Shown one piece after another: positions 10,213 to 18,031 of a DNA stretch of 64,000 nt (the first letter of the stretch is position 1; the number at the start of each line of letters is the position of its first letter). Source of the stretch: a phage; sequence record PX880100.1; one strand, 5' to 3'. The translations under genes were made by a program, and so were the position numbers. The notes under the pieces are model-generated. The model was not told the DNA's origin. It saw nothing but the letters and a program-made list of their open reading frames with translations, and searched no databases.

Positions 10213-10488
10213 TTACTCCACCAGGCCAACAGCGAGCATATCATCAATGCTGGCAATCTCCCAATCGTCGGCAATAGCTTCGCATACTGTTAATGTAACA
10301 ATCTCACTATAGGGATAATTACCAGCTACCCAGGTATGTTGGGTAACTACATCCGAATCAGTATCCAAAGTTAATAATACTAAACCGTTATTATCGTTAT
10401 TCCAACTTTTACGATACACGGTTTTTGTTTCACCATCTTTGAGCAAATCTGTTAGTTTACTCACGGCGTTTTCCTTTTTCTTTATCAA
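10213..10488 (-). CDS. hypothetical protein (91 aa)
   Basis: Track ORF co-oriented with neighbours; no motif recognised. Confidence 0.45.
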   Translation of the reverse strand: MIKKKENAVSKLTDLLKDGETKTVYRKSWNNDNNGLVLLTLDTDSDVVTQHTWVAGNYPYSEIVTLTVCEAIADDWEIASIDDMLAVGLVE

Positions 10489-11161
10489 GTTTCAGGGCAG
10501 CCTTAACAGCTTCGTTAATCAACGTAATAATTTCTTCACGAGTCCATTTATACCCCAGAGACTTTACATCAACCCCTAGCTTTTCCAGATGTTTAACAGA
10601 GGCCAACTCGTAATTCATATAATGAACGTTCTGTTGTTTGCCTTCTGATAAAAGCCATACACGGTAGCAACCAACAGGATTATCCATTGCTTTTTTGATT
10701 TCACCGATACACTGGTATCCAGGAACCCAAACAAGCTCACCAACTGCAAATTCTTCTGCTACAGCATCATCAGGAATAATCGGAGGATTCAATGGATCTA
10801 CAATATCATTCAAACGAAGTAGAGCACCGTAGCGTTCCAGAACAGATTTAACCATTGCTACAGAGCGATAATTACGATCGGCAATTTCTTCAAAAGAATC
10901 ACCAGATAAATACTGCTCAATAACGTTGGCTAACTCGATGCCTTCAATAAGTGTGCCACGTTTCTTTTTCTTCATTTCGGCAACTTGAATCTGGCGGTCT
11001 TGCCATTCTTCAATCATCCTTTCCATAGTTGGATTGGATGATACGCCGAGCATTTCACATGCTGCTTTCTTAGTACCACCGTTCTCCAGATGCTCTATAA
11101 CCTTTTTAAAGACTTCATCCGGAATTTCATGGATATGTTTCTTTCTACGAGAACCAGCCAT
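10457..11161 (-). CDS. hypothetical protein (234 aa), possible HTH regulator
   Basis: Track ORF; N-terminal LENGGTKKAACEMLGVSSNPTMERMIEEW resembles a helix-turn-helix; headed by a PN25-like promoter. Confidence 0.5.
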   Translation of the reverse strand: MAGSRRKKHIHEIPDEVFKKVIEHLENGGTKKAACEMLGVSSNPTMERMIEEWQDRQIQVAEMKKKKRGTLIEGIELANVIEQYLSGDSFEEIADRNYRSVAMVKSVLERYGALLRLNDIVDPLNPPIIPDDAVAEEFAVGELVWVPGYQCIGEIKKAMDNPVGCYRVWLLSEGKQQNVHYMNYELASVKHLEKLGVDVKSLGYKWTREEIITLINEAVKAALKLDKEKGKRRE

Positions 11162-11192
11162 ATTTAAACTCCTCTCTCAAATTTATGAATCT

Positions 11193-11222
11193 ATTATACA
11201 GAAATTTTTTGCACTATGCAAA
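11193..11222 (-). promoter_or_regulatory. PN25-like early promoter
   Basis: Reverse strand: AAAAATTTATTTGCATAGTGCAAAAAATTTCTGTATAATAGATTCATAAATTTGAGAGAGGAG just upstream of ATG 11161; approximate coordinates. Confidence 0.65.
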
Positions 11223-11229
11223 TAAATTT

Positions 11230-11514
11230 TTACGATTCCTTGAGTAAAGAAGCAAGTTCAGCATAGACTTTATCTAACTCAAAGCCGATGCGAAGAGACA
11301 CGTTTGTTTTCCGTTGTTTAAGTAACCACTCGGATATGTTAGGGATGCCAGCTAATCTATGCGGTACCACCCTACATAGCTTTTCCGAAGTGTCGTAAAC
11401 AGGAACTTTACGTTCCTTTACTGGGAACTTCCTTGTTTCCCATTTTTTATTCTTCACTGTCATTTCTAGCACCCAGCTCTGCCATTGCTTCATCATGCAT
11501 ATGTTTCTCCTCAT
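11230..11514 (-). CDS. hypothetical protein (94 aa)
   Basis: Track ORF overlapping the 3' end of the large ATPase gene; no motif recognised. Confidence 0.4.
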   Translation of the reverse strand: MRRNICMMKQWQSWVLEMTVKNKKWETRKFPVKERKVPVYDTSEKLCRVVPHRLAGIPNISEWLLKQRKTNVSLRIGFELDKVYAELASLLKES

Positions 11515-14236
11515 CAGTCATAAACTTATACGGGATTGGCATACACTCGATTTTACAATAGGTTCTGTACCAGTCTACAATATTCTCCGTGTTCATATCC
11601 TTACCAATACCCATCATACCAAGATACATTCTTGCATATTTTGGGTTAGCACTCTGACCTGTTTTAAGGAAGAAATCTTTCTTCTTACCTTTCAGAGCTT
11701 CTATGAATGGTTTGATAGTGACATTTGAACACTTCTTAATATCTTCCCAGAACATCTCGTGCATCTTATGGAAGAATGCAGCTCGATCATTCGGTTTATC
11801 CTTGATATATTGTTCAACATGCTCAACTGTTACATCTTTAATAGACTCAAGATGATAGTAGCGAACAAGAAGTAGTTTAGCTTCATACGCATCTGCATGG
11901 CGTGGAGCACAATAATCAGGAGTTGAATACAAAATAGCTTTGATTCGCTCTTCCGTATATTCCTTCCCAGCACCTTCGATAGTTCCCCAGCTTTCACTGA
12001 AAATATCAATAGTTGCACCCTGATCAAGCAAGTAATAACGTAAAGTACTAGTATAATTCCTAGACTCCAGCTCCCTGCGACGTGCGTATAATTGCTGTGC
12101 TAACTCCAGCCAACCTTCATCAATGTTATATTGCTCAGAACCTGCGGAGAATCCACTCGTAGATTTATCAATAAAATAATAAATGTTCTGAGCGCCACGG
12201 TCGCGCCTGATTGCTTGGAAACGCATGTTTGGCGCTTGGTTGCTGGTTCTAGTAATAACGAATACGTTATCAAAATAGTTGAAATCAACACCACTAGTTA
12301 CGGATGGGCTACATAATAAGCAATCAATTTGTTGGTCAATTAGCTCATTAGTTGTGTAATCCAGAATACGTCGAATATCCACATCAGATGTGGAGTTTGA
12401 GTGGATTTCCTTAACTAACGCACCCGTATTACGACGCAGCGCCATGCCCTTCTCATTCAGTTCATCAGGACCACAATCAGATACCAGAATAGATTTCTCA
12501 CCCATTTCTAGAGAAGTCTGAAGTGCAACCCAAATACTGGATTCATCCGGGAACTCATAAGCATGAGCTTTTGACAGCATCTTACGGTGATGATTATAAA
12601 ATGCTACTGGTTTATCAAACTCAATCAAAGAGCCATATGCTTCAATTGTTTCTGCACTAATATCCCCATCAGATAATATAATAATTTTTGCAGTTGCAAG
12701 AATGTCCCGAAGAACCTGAATACATTCACGACGTTGTTTAACAACCGGGGCGAATAATAGGTCATTCATTACAGCATCACATTCATCGATAAAGATTGCA
12801 TCAATTTGACCAATAAAACTCTTGAACTTATGCAAAGAGTGAATAGTTGTGGACATACGGTCAATAGCACCACGCTTAAAATTAAGCATATCTACAGACT
12901 TATCATATTGTCCTGCACTGAATTTCTTAGCATTTGAAGACACCAGCGCTCTAGTATTGGTAATTGCTAAGAAATTACCTTTAATAACTCCCGAATCTAA
13001 CCAACGCACAACCGCCGTAGTTTTACCTGTACCTAGACTTGCTTTTACAAAAGTCATATAACCTTCTGGTGGCACAGTATTTAATTTCAAGAAGTTATCA
13101 GTTTCTAGAGAATTAGTTTCTAGCTTTTTAAGTGGAATACCTTTTAAAACATCTGGTATATCACGTTTAGAATTATTAACAAATGCTTTCAGAGCCTGTT
13201 TACGACCATTATTAAAGTAATCTTGAATATTGCGACTATTATCTTTAGTTGCAATATATTCTGATAAGGCTGGACGAATTTCTTTTTCTAGCCATGCAAA
13301 ATCAACACCATCCTCCAAAGCTCTATGATAGAGTTTAGGGATAATACGTAGATACACCCCATCCTCAGCTTCTTCTAGTTCGCTGATAGTTTCCTCTACT
13401 TTATCAGAGGCAGCTTTTTTACCTTTAATTTGATCGAGTAAAGAGTAAAACTCCTCCTTAAACTCACCTCTAGTTGTTTCATAGTCAACCAGATTATTGG
13501 GTAAATTTACTTTAGAACCCTTAACAAATACCAGACGTGAAGCACCCTCCGCTTTAAACGGATCTACTATACCATCAATAAATAACGGATCTGCAAAATA
13601 ATGGAGCTGTACGGAAGAGTAATAAGCTAAGTCGGCAATATCAAAGCCATACTTTTGTCTACTACTTTCGTTGATAGATGTAAATAAGAATTTGATTTGA
13701 CCCTGAGTTACTTTAACATTAGATTCTAGTATTAAGTGCATTCGGATACCTGGTTTTAGCCCAGCCGAAGACGATGCATGAGCAATAAACCCTGCATCAA
13801 GAGGAAACATATCCTCACTAATACTATTTAACATTCTAATAATATGTCGAGCCATGCCAACAAGATCAAACTTGTTACAACCACCTGTATCTACAATACC
13901 ATCCACGTCCATTGCAATTATATGACTTGGGTTAGATACATTAAAGTTGCCCTTCTTACGTCGCACATTATTTTTAGGTGCAAGACATCGACCTCGTACC
14001 GCAACGATATGAGGGTCAGACGTTAAACGTCTCATAAGAGGAAGCATTTCTACTAGGGTTTGAGGATCAACTTCATCAATTACATCAAACTTGAAGGGCA
14101 TTGAAGCTGGTTTACCTTCAGGATGCTTTGAGGAAAATCTTTTAGCAAAAAGATAGTCTTCTGCTTTAACTTCTCGCCAATTGCCTGTGGCTAAATCGCG
14201 ATGAAATCCTGCATGACCTTGTAGGATTGAGAACAC
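11447..14236 (-). CDS. origin-binding/replication-initiation type P-loop helicase-like ATPase (T5 D2-like by size and position)
   Basis: Track ORF 11447..14314; Walker A SLGTGKTTAVV; GTG at 14236 preceded by ACAGGAG RBS is the likelier start; family assignment tentative. Confidence 0.6.
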   Translation of the reverse strand: MFSILQGHAGFHRDLATGNWREVKAEDYLFAKRFSSKHPEGKPASMPFKFDVIDEVDPQTLVEMLPLMRRLTSDPHIVAVRGRCLAPKNNVRRKKGNFNVSNPSHIIAMDVDGIVDTGGCNKFDLVGMARHIIRMLNSISEDMFPLDAGFIAHASSSAGLKPGIRMHLILESNVKVTQGQIKFLFTSINESSRQKYGFDIADLAYYSSVQLHYFADPLFIDGIVDPFKAEGASRLVFVKGSKVNLPNNLVDYETTRGEFKEEFYSLLDQIKGKKAASDKVEETISELEEAEDGVYLRIIPKLYHRALEDGVDFAWLEKEIRPALSEYIATKDNSRNIQDYFNNGRKQALKAFVNNSKRDIPDVLKGIPLKKLETNSLETDNFLKLNTVPPEGYMTFVKASLGTGKTTAVVRWLDSGVIKGNFLAITNTRALVSSNAKKFSAGQYDKSVDMLNFKRGAIDRMSTTIHSLHKFKSFIGQIDAIFIDECDAVMNDLLFAPVVKQRRECIQVLRDILATAKIIILSDGDISAETIEAYGSLIEFDKPVAFYNHHRKMLSKAHAYEFPDESSIWVALQTSLEMGEKSILVSDCGPDELNEKGMALRRNTGALVKEIHSNSTSDVDIRRILDYTTNELIDQQIDCLLCSPSVTSGVDFNYFDNVFVITRTSNQAPNMRFQAIRRDRGAQNIYYFIDKSTSGFSAGSEQYNIDEGWLELAQQLYARRRELESRNYTSTLRYYLLDQGATIDIFSESWGTIEGAGKEYTEERIKAILYSTPDYCAPRHADAYEAKLLLVRYYHLESIKDVTVEHVEQYIKDKPNDRAAFFHKMHEMFWEDIKKCSNVTIKPFIEALKGKKKDFFLKTGQSANPKYARMYLGMMGIGKDMNTENIVDWYRTYCKIECMPIPYKFMTDEEKHMHDEAMAELGARNDSEE

Positions 14237-14359
14237 AACAATACTCCTGTGTTGGAAATGAAATAAGTTTTCTTTAGGACTATTCAGAAAGAATAGAACA
14301 ACTGTTACTGTCAATTTCTCAACAAATTAATTGCAAATACTGAAGTGGGGTGGCAACTT

Positions 14360-14540
14360 CCACTTTCACGCTACACTGCCGCTTCACTATACCGCACAAA
14401 TCCTTGAGGATGGCCGCTAAGCCAGATTTGCTCACCTAATGCTTCATGTACTAGCTCATACTAGATGTAGTATACCTTACGTCATCACTTCTCAGAGTTT
14501 TTCACTCTTCCCGTCTCACTTCACAACCACCTCACACTAG
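14360..14540. repeat. iteron-like TCAC(T) direct repeats in ORF-free leader
   Basis: CTTTCACG, CTTCACTA, ATCACTTC, TTCACTCT, TCACTTCAC, CTCACACT recur at ~10-20 bp spacing in a GC-richer ORF-free stretch. Confidence 0.4.
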
Positions 14541-14735
14541 GTTGCTTCGAGGCCTTACCAGGGTTCCTACGGGATGTAGATCGCTAAGTATTCTATTAAT
14601 TATTTGTTTAAAAACCAACACGTAACAGTTAAAACAACCCTTAATGGGGCAGCCTAACTGTTCCGTATCGCGGATTGTAAACAAGAAAAATTAGCAAAAT
14701 CAATTTTTACTAATGTCTCTCGATTCAATATAAAT

Positions 14736-14764
14736 ATTATATCAAGATTTTGGGCATCCTGCAA
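14736..14764 (-). promoter_or_regulatory. early promoter driving ~500-nt leader and the large ATPase gene
   Basis: Reverse strand: TTGCAG -35, 17-bp spacer, TATAAT -10, ATTTATATTGAAT; approximate coordinates. Confidence 0.55.
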
Positions 14765-14840
14765 GTAAAATTTTCCGGATGGTGCTATCATTGGTCTTGA
14801 GTACGAGTAAAACCGAGCCAAAATGACTCGGTTATGTAGA

Positions 14841-15038
14841 TTAGACACTTAAAATACTTCTAATCTCTTCTATATACTTATCTACTTTTTTAGCATCTAC
14901 TTTACTTAGTTTTCCTATGTCAAAATCAGGATCAGTAAACATTCTAGCTATCTCTATCTCTAGAGACTTACTAATTTTCCCTGTAGTATTCCACTTAGAA
15001 ATCTTACCTTTTATCTTCCAAAATTCCTTATTCATCAT
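14841..15038 (-). CDS. hypothetical protein (65 aa)
   Basis: Track ORF co-oriented with neighbours. Confidence 0.45.
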   Translation of the reverse strand: MMNKEFWKIKGKISKWNTTGKISKSLEIEIARMFTDPDFDIGKLSKVDAKKVDKYIEEIRSILSV

Positions 15039-15118
15039 TTAACCCCGGAACATATATCCCAACACGGTTTAATTGTTCTTTAGCTTCTTTGAGAATATCT
15101 GGAGTGTACTCCCAAATA

Positions 15119-15421
15119 TCATCTTCCACCTGTAAAAAAATGGGGCGAACAACCATCATCCGGCACACGACATATGGCCAAACAACGTGGATGGAACAAA
15201 GAGAAATTTAGGGCAACAATTAAACCCATAGCAGACAATTCATTCCAATCCAATTCCCATTCCCCGGCGTATCCAGACAGGAAAACGCCAATGCATGGAT
15301 CATCTATTTGCTGCTCAGGAAAAGTGAAAGAGACTTGTCTTACCCCCAACCAACGTTGTAGCAGCTTCTCCGCACGTTTCACCAAACTAGGATCAATCTG
15401 ACGCCAATATACTTGTTCCAT
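15119..15421 (-). CDS. hypothetical protein (100 aa), paralog of the adjacent gene
   Basis: Shares DDPCIGVFLSGYAGEWELDWNELSAMGLIVALNFSLF with DEAPCIGLIVQVEEGLEEIVGWKELDEMGLVFALNYKLF in ORF 15431..15859. Confidence 0.55.
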   Translation of the reverse strand: MEQVYWRQIDPSLVKRAEKLLQRWLGVRQVSFTFPEQQIDDPCIGVFLSGYAGEWELDWNELSAMGLIVALNFSLFHPRCLAICRVPDDGCSPHFFTGGR

Positions 15422-15430
15422 TCTGCCTCC

Positions 15431-15859
15431 TTAAGCAGTTAAACCTGGGATCATATACCCGAAACGGCGAAGTTTTTGGATACCATCATTCACTTCTTCT
15501 GGTGAGTAAGACCAACCATAACGTTCATTAACCTGAAAACCAGGAGATTCACTAGTTTTATAGTTAACAACGAGGCGATGCTTAGCAGACATAAACAGCT
15601 TATAGTTTAACGCAAAAACTAAGCCCATTTCATCTAACTCTTTCCAGCCGACAATCTCTTCAAGGCCCTCTTCTACCTGAACAATTAAACCAATACAGGG
15701 GGCCTCATCAATATCATCTTTAAAAGCAAAGGAGATTTCGTTATTCTCACACCATATTTTCAAGGAGTTAATAGCCTCATTATACAGGCTAGCCGGGAGA
15801 GTACGCCAAAAGTTAACCAAAATTGGGTTAGCTTCTTTAGAGAAGACATTATTAAACAT
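15431..15859 (-). CDS. hypothetical protein (142 aa), paralog of the adjacent gene
   Basis: Track ORF; C-terminal half homologous to ORF 15119..15421 (tandem duplication). Confidence 0.55.
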   Translation of the reverse strand: MFNNVFSKEANPILVNFWRTLPASLYNEAINSLKIWCENNEISFAFKDDIDEAPCIGLIVQVEEGLEEIVGWKELDEMGLVFALNYKLFMSAKHRLVVNYKTSESPGFQVNERYGWSYSPEEVNDGIQKLRRFGYMIPGLTA

Positions 15860-15861
15860 AT

Positions 15862-16374
15862 TTACACCTTAAATTGTTGTAGGGCTTTACACATTTCAAG
15901 ATCTGGACTAAATTCTAACATATAGCTAACAGCTTTTAAATCCTGAAGATTTATCCCGGTCCTACCGTTGACTATAACCGTTGGATACTGATACATCATA
16001 GCACCCCCATCATCAAGCACACACCAATGTTTGAGCTTATGCTTTTCAACGAAGCGAAGAACAGAATTACCCCTAGATAATCCACCCCCAGTAAAATCCG
16101 TTGTACCAAGAAAACGATCGATAAGACCTAATCCGGTCATAATCTGAACGTTCTCCATCTCATTTCTGACAGAGAACCAAGATGATACTCCAACAATCAT
16201 TATCGGAGAAGGACGAATAAAGTCCTGAAAAGCCTTGAGAAGCGGTTTGAAAACCCAGTCACTTCCAAAGAAAATCTTTTCATCATCAGGTGCATGATGG
16301 TGGGAGATGCTTGAATTGAGCACCCCATCAATGTCCAGAAAAATAATTGGAGTATTACTTATTTCCTGACACAT
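15862..16374 (-). CDS. HAD-superfamily hydrolase (phosphatase/nucleotidase-like)
   Basis: 170 aa; N-terminal IIFLDIDGVLNS matches HAD motif I (DxDG[TV]); 20-nt overlap with upstream Sir2-like gene. Confidence 0.6.
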   Translation of the reverse strand: MCQEISNTPIIFLDIDGVLNSSISHHHAPDDEKIFFGSDWVFKPLLKAFQDFIRPSPIMIVGVSSWFSVRNEMENVQIMTGLGLIDRFLGTTDFTGGGLSRGNSVLRFVEKHKLKHWCVLDDGGAMMYQYPTVIVNGRTGINLQDLKAVSYMLEFSPDLEMCKALQQFKV

Positions 16375-17170
16375 GAGGTCTACCCCCTAAATGAGCTTCT
16401 ACACGAGCAATAAAATCAGGATCACTGAAAGCATCTACCGCACCTTTACTCCAGTAAGGGATACCGCGTTCTTCCAGCTGGTACATCTCACTACGAGTCA
16501 TACCTTGATAGCCAGGTTCCGCCGCTAGGGCACTATCATAGTAGTTAACAACCATTAGCTTGGCAGCAGTCAAATTAAGAACAGGAAATAGTTCCCAGTA
16601 GAAGTTAATTACTTGGTTAGAGCAACCAACCACAATGATCATATCTTGACTGGTAATACCATCAAAAACATTGTACATTTCCGCATATGCTGGAGCATGC
16701 TCTCCAAAGAAGATTACATTAGGTTTAACCCATTTATAATCATCTGGATCAATAGAATTGTATCCTACATCAATAATCCGTTTATTGCTACTATTGTAGC
16801 TATCAGCTACAACAACCTCTTTTAAATATCCGTGAATGTGCAGAATGTCACTATGTGGAACGCCAGCACGCTCAATAAGGTCATCAACGTTGGTAGTCAA
16901 GTTTACTACTTGACCTGGATATTGTTTATACCATTCACCAATACGCAAATGCGCAAGATTGGGTTCAACAGTTTTTAGCTCTTCACGACGCCTGTTGTAA
17001 AACATATGGGTTTTATGATAAAAATTACCACGAAAGGCATGAATATTGCATACCTCTTCTAAGTCATAATCATCCCACAATGCTTTACCACTAGCAGTAT
17101 CAGTACGGAAGGCTCGTACACCGCTTTCAACACTCAAACCTGCACCGCTAATAACAATTAATCTACGCAT
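16355..17170 (-). CDS. Sir2-family NAD-dependent enzyme (zinc-ribbon-less sirtuin-like protein)
   Basis: 271 aa; GAGLSVESGVRAFR, TTNVDDL, HIHG and NVIFFGE motifs in Sir2 order; no CxxC zinc-ribbon cysteines after the HG motif. Confidence 0.7.
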   Translation of the reverse strand: MRRLIVISGAGLSVESGVRAFRTDTASGKALWDDYDLEEVCNIHAFRGNFYHKTHMFYNRRREELKTVEPNLAHLRIGEWYKQYPGQVVNLTTNVDDLIERAGVPHSDILHIHGYLKEVVVADSYNSSNKRIIDVGYNSIDPDDYKWVKPNVIFFGEHAPAYAEMYNVFDGITSQDMIIVVGCSNQVINFYWELFPVLNLTAAKLMVVNYYDSALAAEPGYQGMTRSEMYQLEERGIPYWSKGAVDAFSDPDFIARVEAHLGGRPHVSGNK

Positions 17171-17384
17171 TTTTCACCTGTTCTCTGAAGTTTTGCCCAA
17201 TACTGTCTAATAGCTCAGCTAATTCTTTATTGCCTTTCTCCATTAAGGTATTAGCAATAACTTCTAGCATAGTAGCGCAGGATTCAATACCATCCTTATA
17301 GCCAGTTTCCCAGTGCTGCATTAATGCGTTTTCCAAAGCGGCGTTTAAACCCTTATCTGGTAGCATCGGCTTCGAGAATGCCAT
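17163..17384 (-). CDS. hypothetical protein (73 aa)
   Basis: Track ORF, overlapping neighbours in an operon-like chain. Confidence 0.45.
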   Translation of the reverse strand: MAFSKPMLPDKGLNAALENALMQHWETGYKDGIESCATMLEVIANTLMEKGNKELAELLDSIGQNFREQVKNA

Positions 17385-17577
17385 AAAGTTTCTCCTCTAG
17401 TTCCATAACACGATTTTCATAAGAGGCACGCAACTTTTCAATTGCCAGCGCACGCACTGTAACCTCATTAGAATTAATAGCTAACTGGGCCAGATCTTCT
17501 GTTTCCATACGTCCGTTGTAAATTAAGCGATATTTAAGGTGCTTCACATTCTTAGTCATTATTAAACTCCACTGCAA
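17353..17577 (-). CDS. hypothetical protein (74 aa)
   Basis: Track ORF, overlapping neighbours in an operon-like chain. Confidence 0.45.
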   Translation of the reverse strand: MQWSLIMTKNVKHLKYRLIYNGRMETEDLAQLAINSNEVTVRALAIEKLRASYENRVMELEEKLYGILEADATR

Positions 17578-17932
17578 CTGTTTCTAGGTCTTCATCAGAA
17601 AAACTAGAGTATATATCTTTAAGATACTGTTTAATACTCCAAGTAATATCTTCATACCCATTGGGGCTACGTTGGTATACTTTTAACACTCTATTATACA
17701 CAAATTCAAGATTACATTTTACTTCATCTCTGTCTTCATCAAACAAGCAATATGGGTTATAAGGCGATACATCTAGATTTGTTCCTACCCAATCGCCAAT
17801 AATGGTAGGGTATGCAACACCCTCTATACGCGAGTAATCACCTGTGGCAGCAAAGACAGCCTCCGCAATATCATCCACACCCAGATGGAAACTACCACAT
17901 GTAGATTCAACTATATAAGGCTTTAATTTCAT
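17552..17932 (-). CDS. hypothetical protein (126 aa)
   Basis: Track ORF; PN25-like promoter immediately upstream. Confidence 0.5.
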   Translation of the reverse strand: MKLKPYIVESTCGSFHLGVDDIAEAVFAATGDYSRIEGVAYPTIIGDWVGTNLDVSPYNPYCLFDEDRDEVKCNLEFVYNRVLKVYQRSPNGYEDITWSIKQYLKDIYSSFSDEDLETVAVEFNND

Positions 17933-17960
17933 ATTTTTCTCCTCTCAAATTTATAAATCT

Positions 17961-17989
17961 ATTATATATAAATTTTTGGCTGAAAGCAA
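17961..17989 (-). promoter_or_regulatory. PN25-like early promoter
   Basis: Reverse strand: TTTATTTGCTTTCAGCCAAAAATTTATATATAATAGATTTATAAATTTGAGAGGAG; approximate coordinates. Confidence 0.65.
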
Positions 17990-18024
17990 ATAAAATAAAA
18001 GCCAGGTCGACTAGCAACCCGGCT
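17990..18024 (-). terminator. putative rho-independent terminator after nrdD
   Basis: Imperfect GC-rich hairpin (GCCAGGT...ACCCGGC) followed on the reverse strand by a T-run; approximate. Confidence 0.45.
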
Positions 18025-18031
18025 GATTAGC

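Noticed and set aside
14654-14848. 64-aa reverse-strand ORF upstream of the large ATPase gene
   Set aside because: Overlaps the predicted promoter (-35/-10 at ~14736..14764); no RBS; likely spurious.
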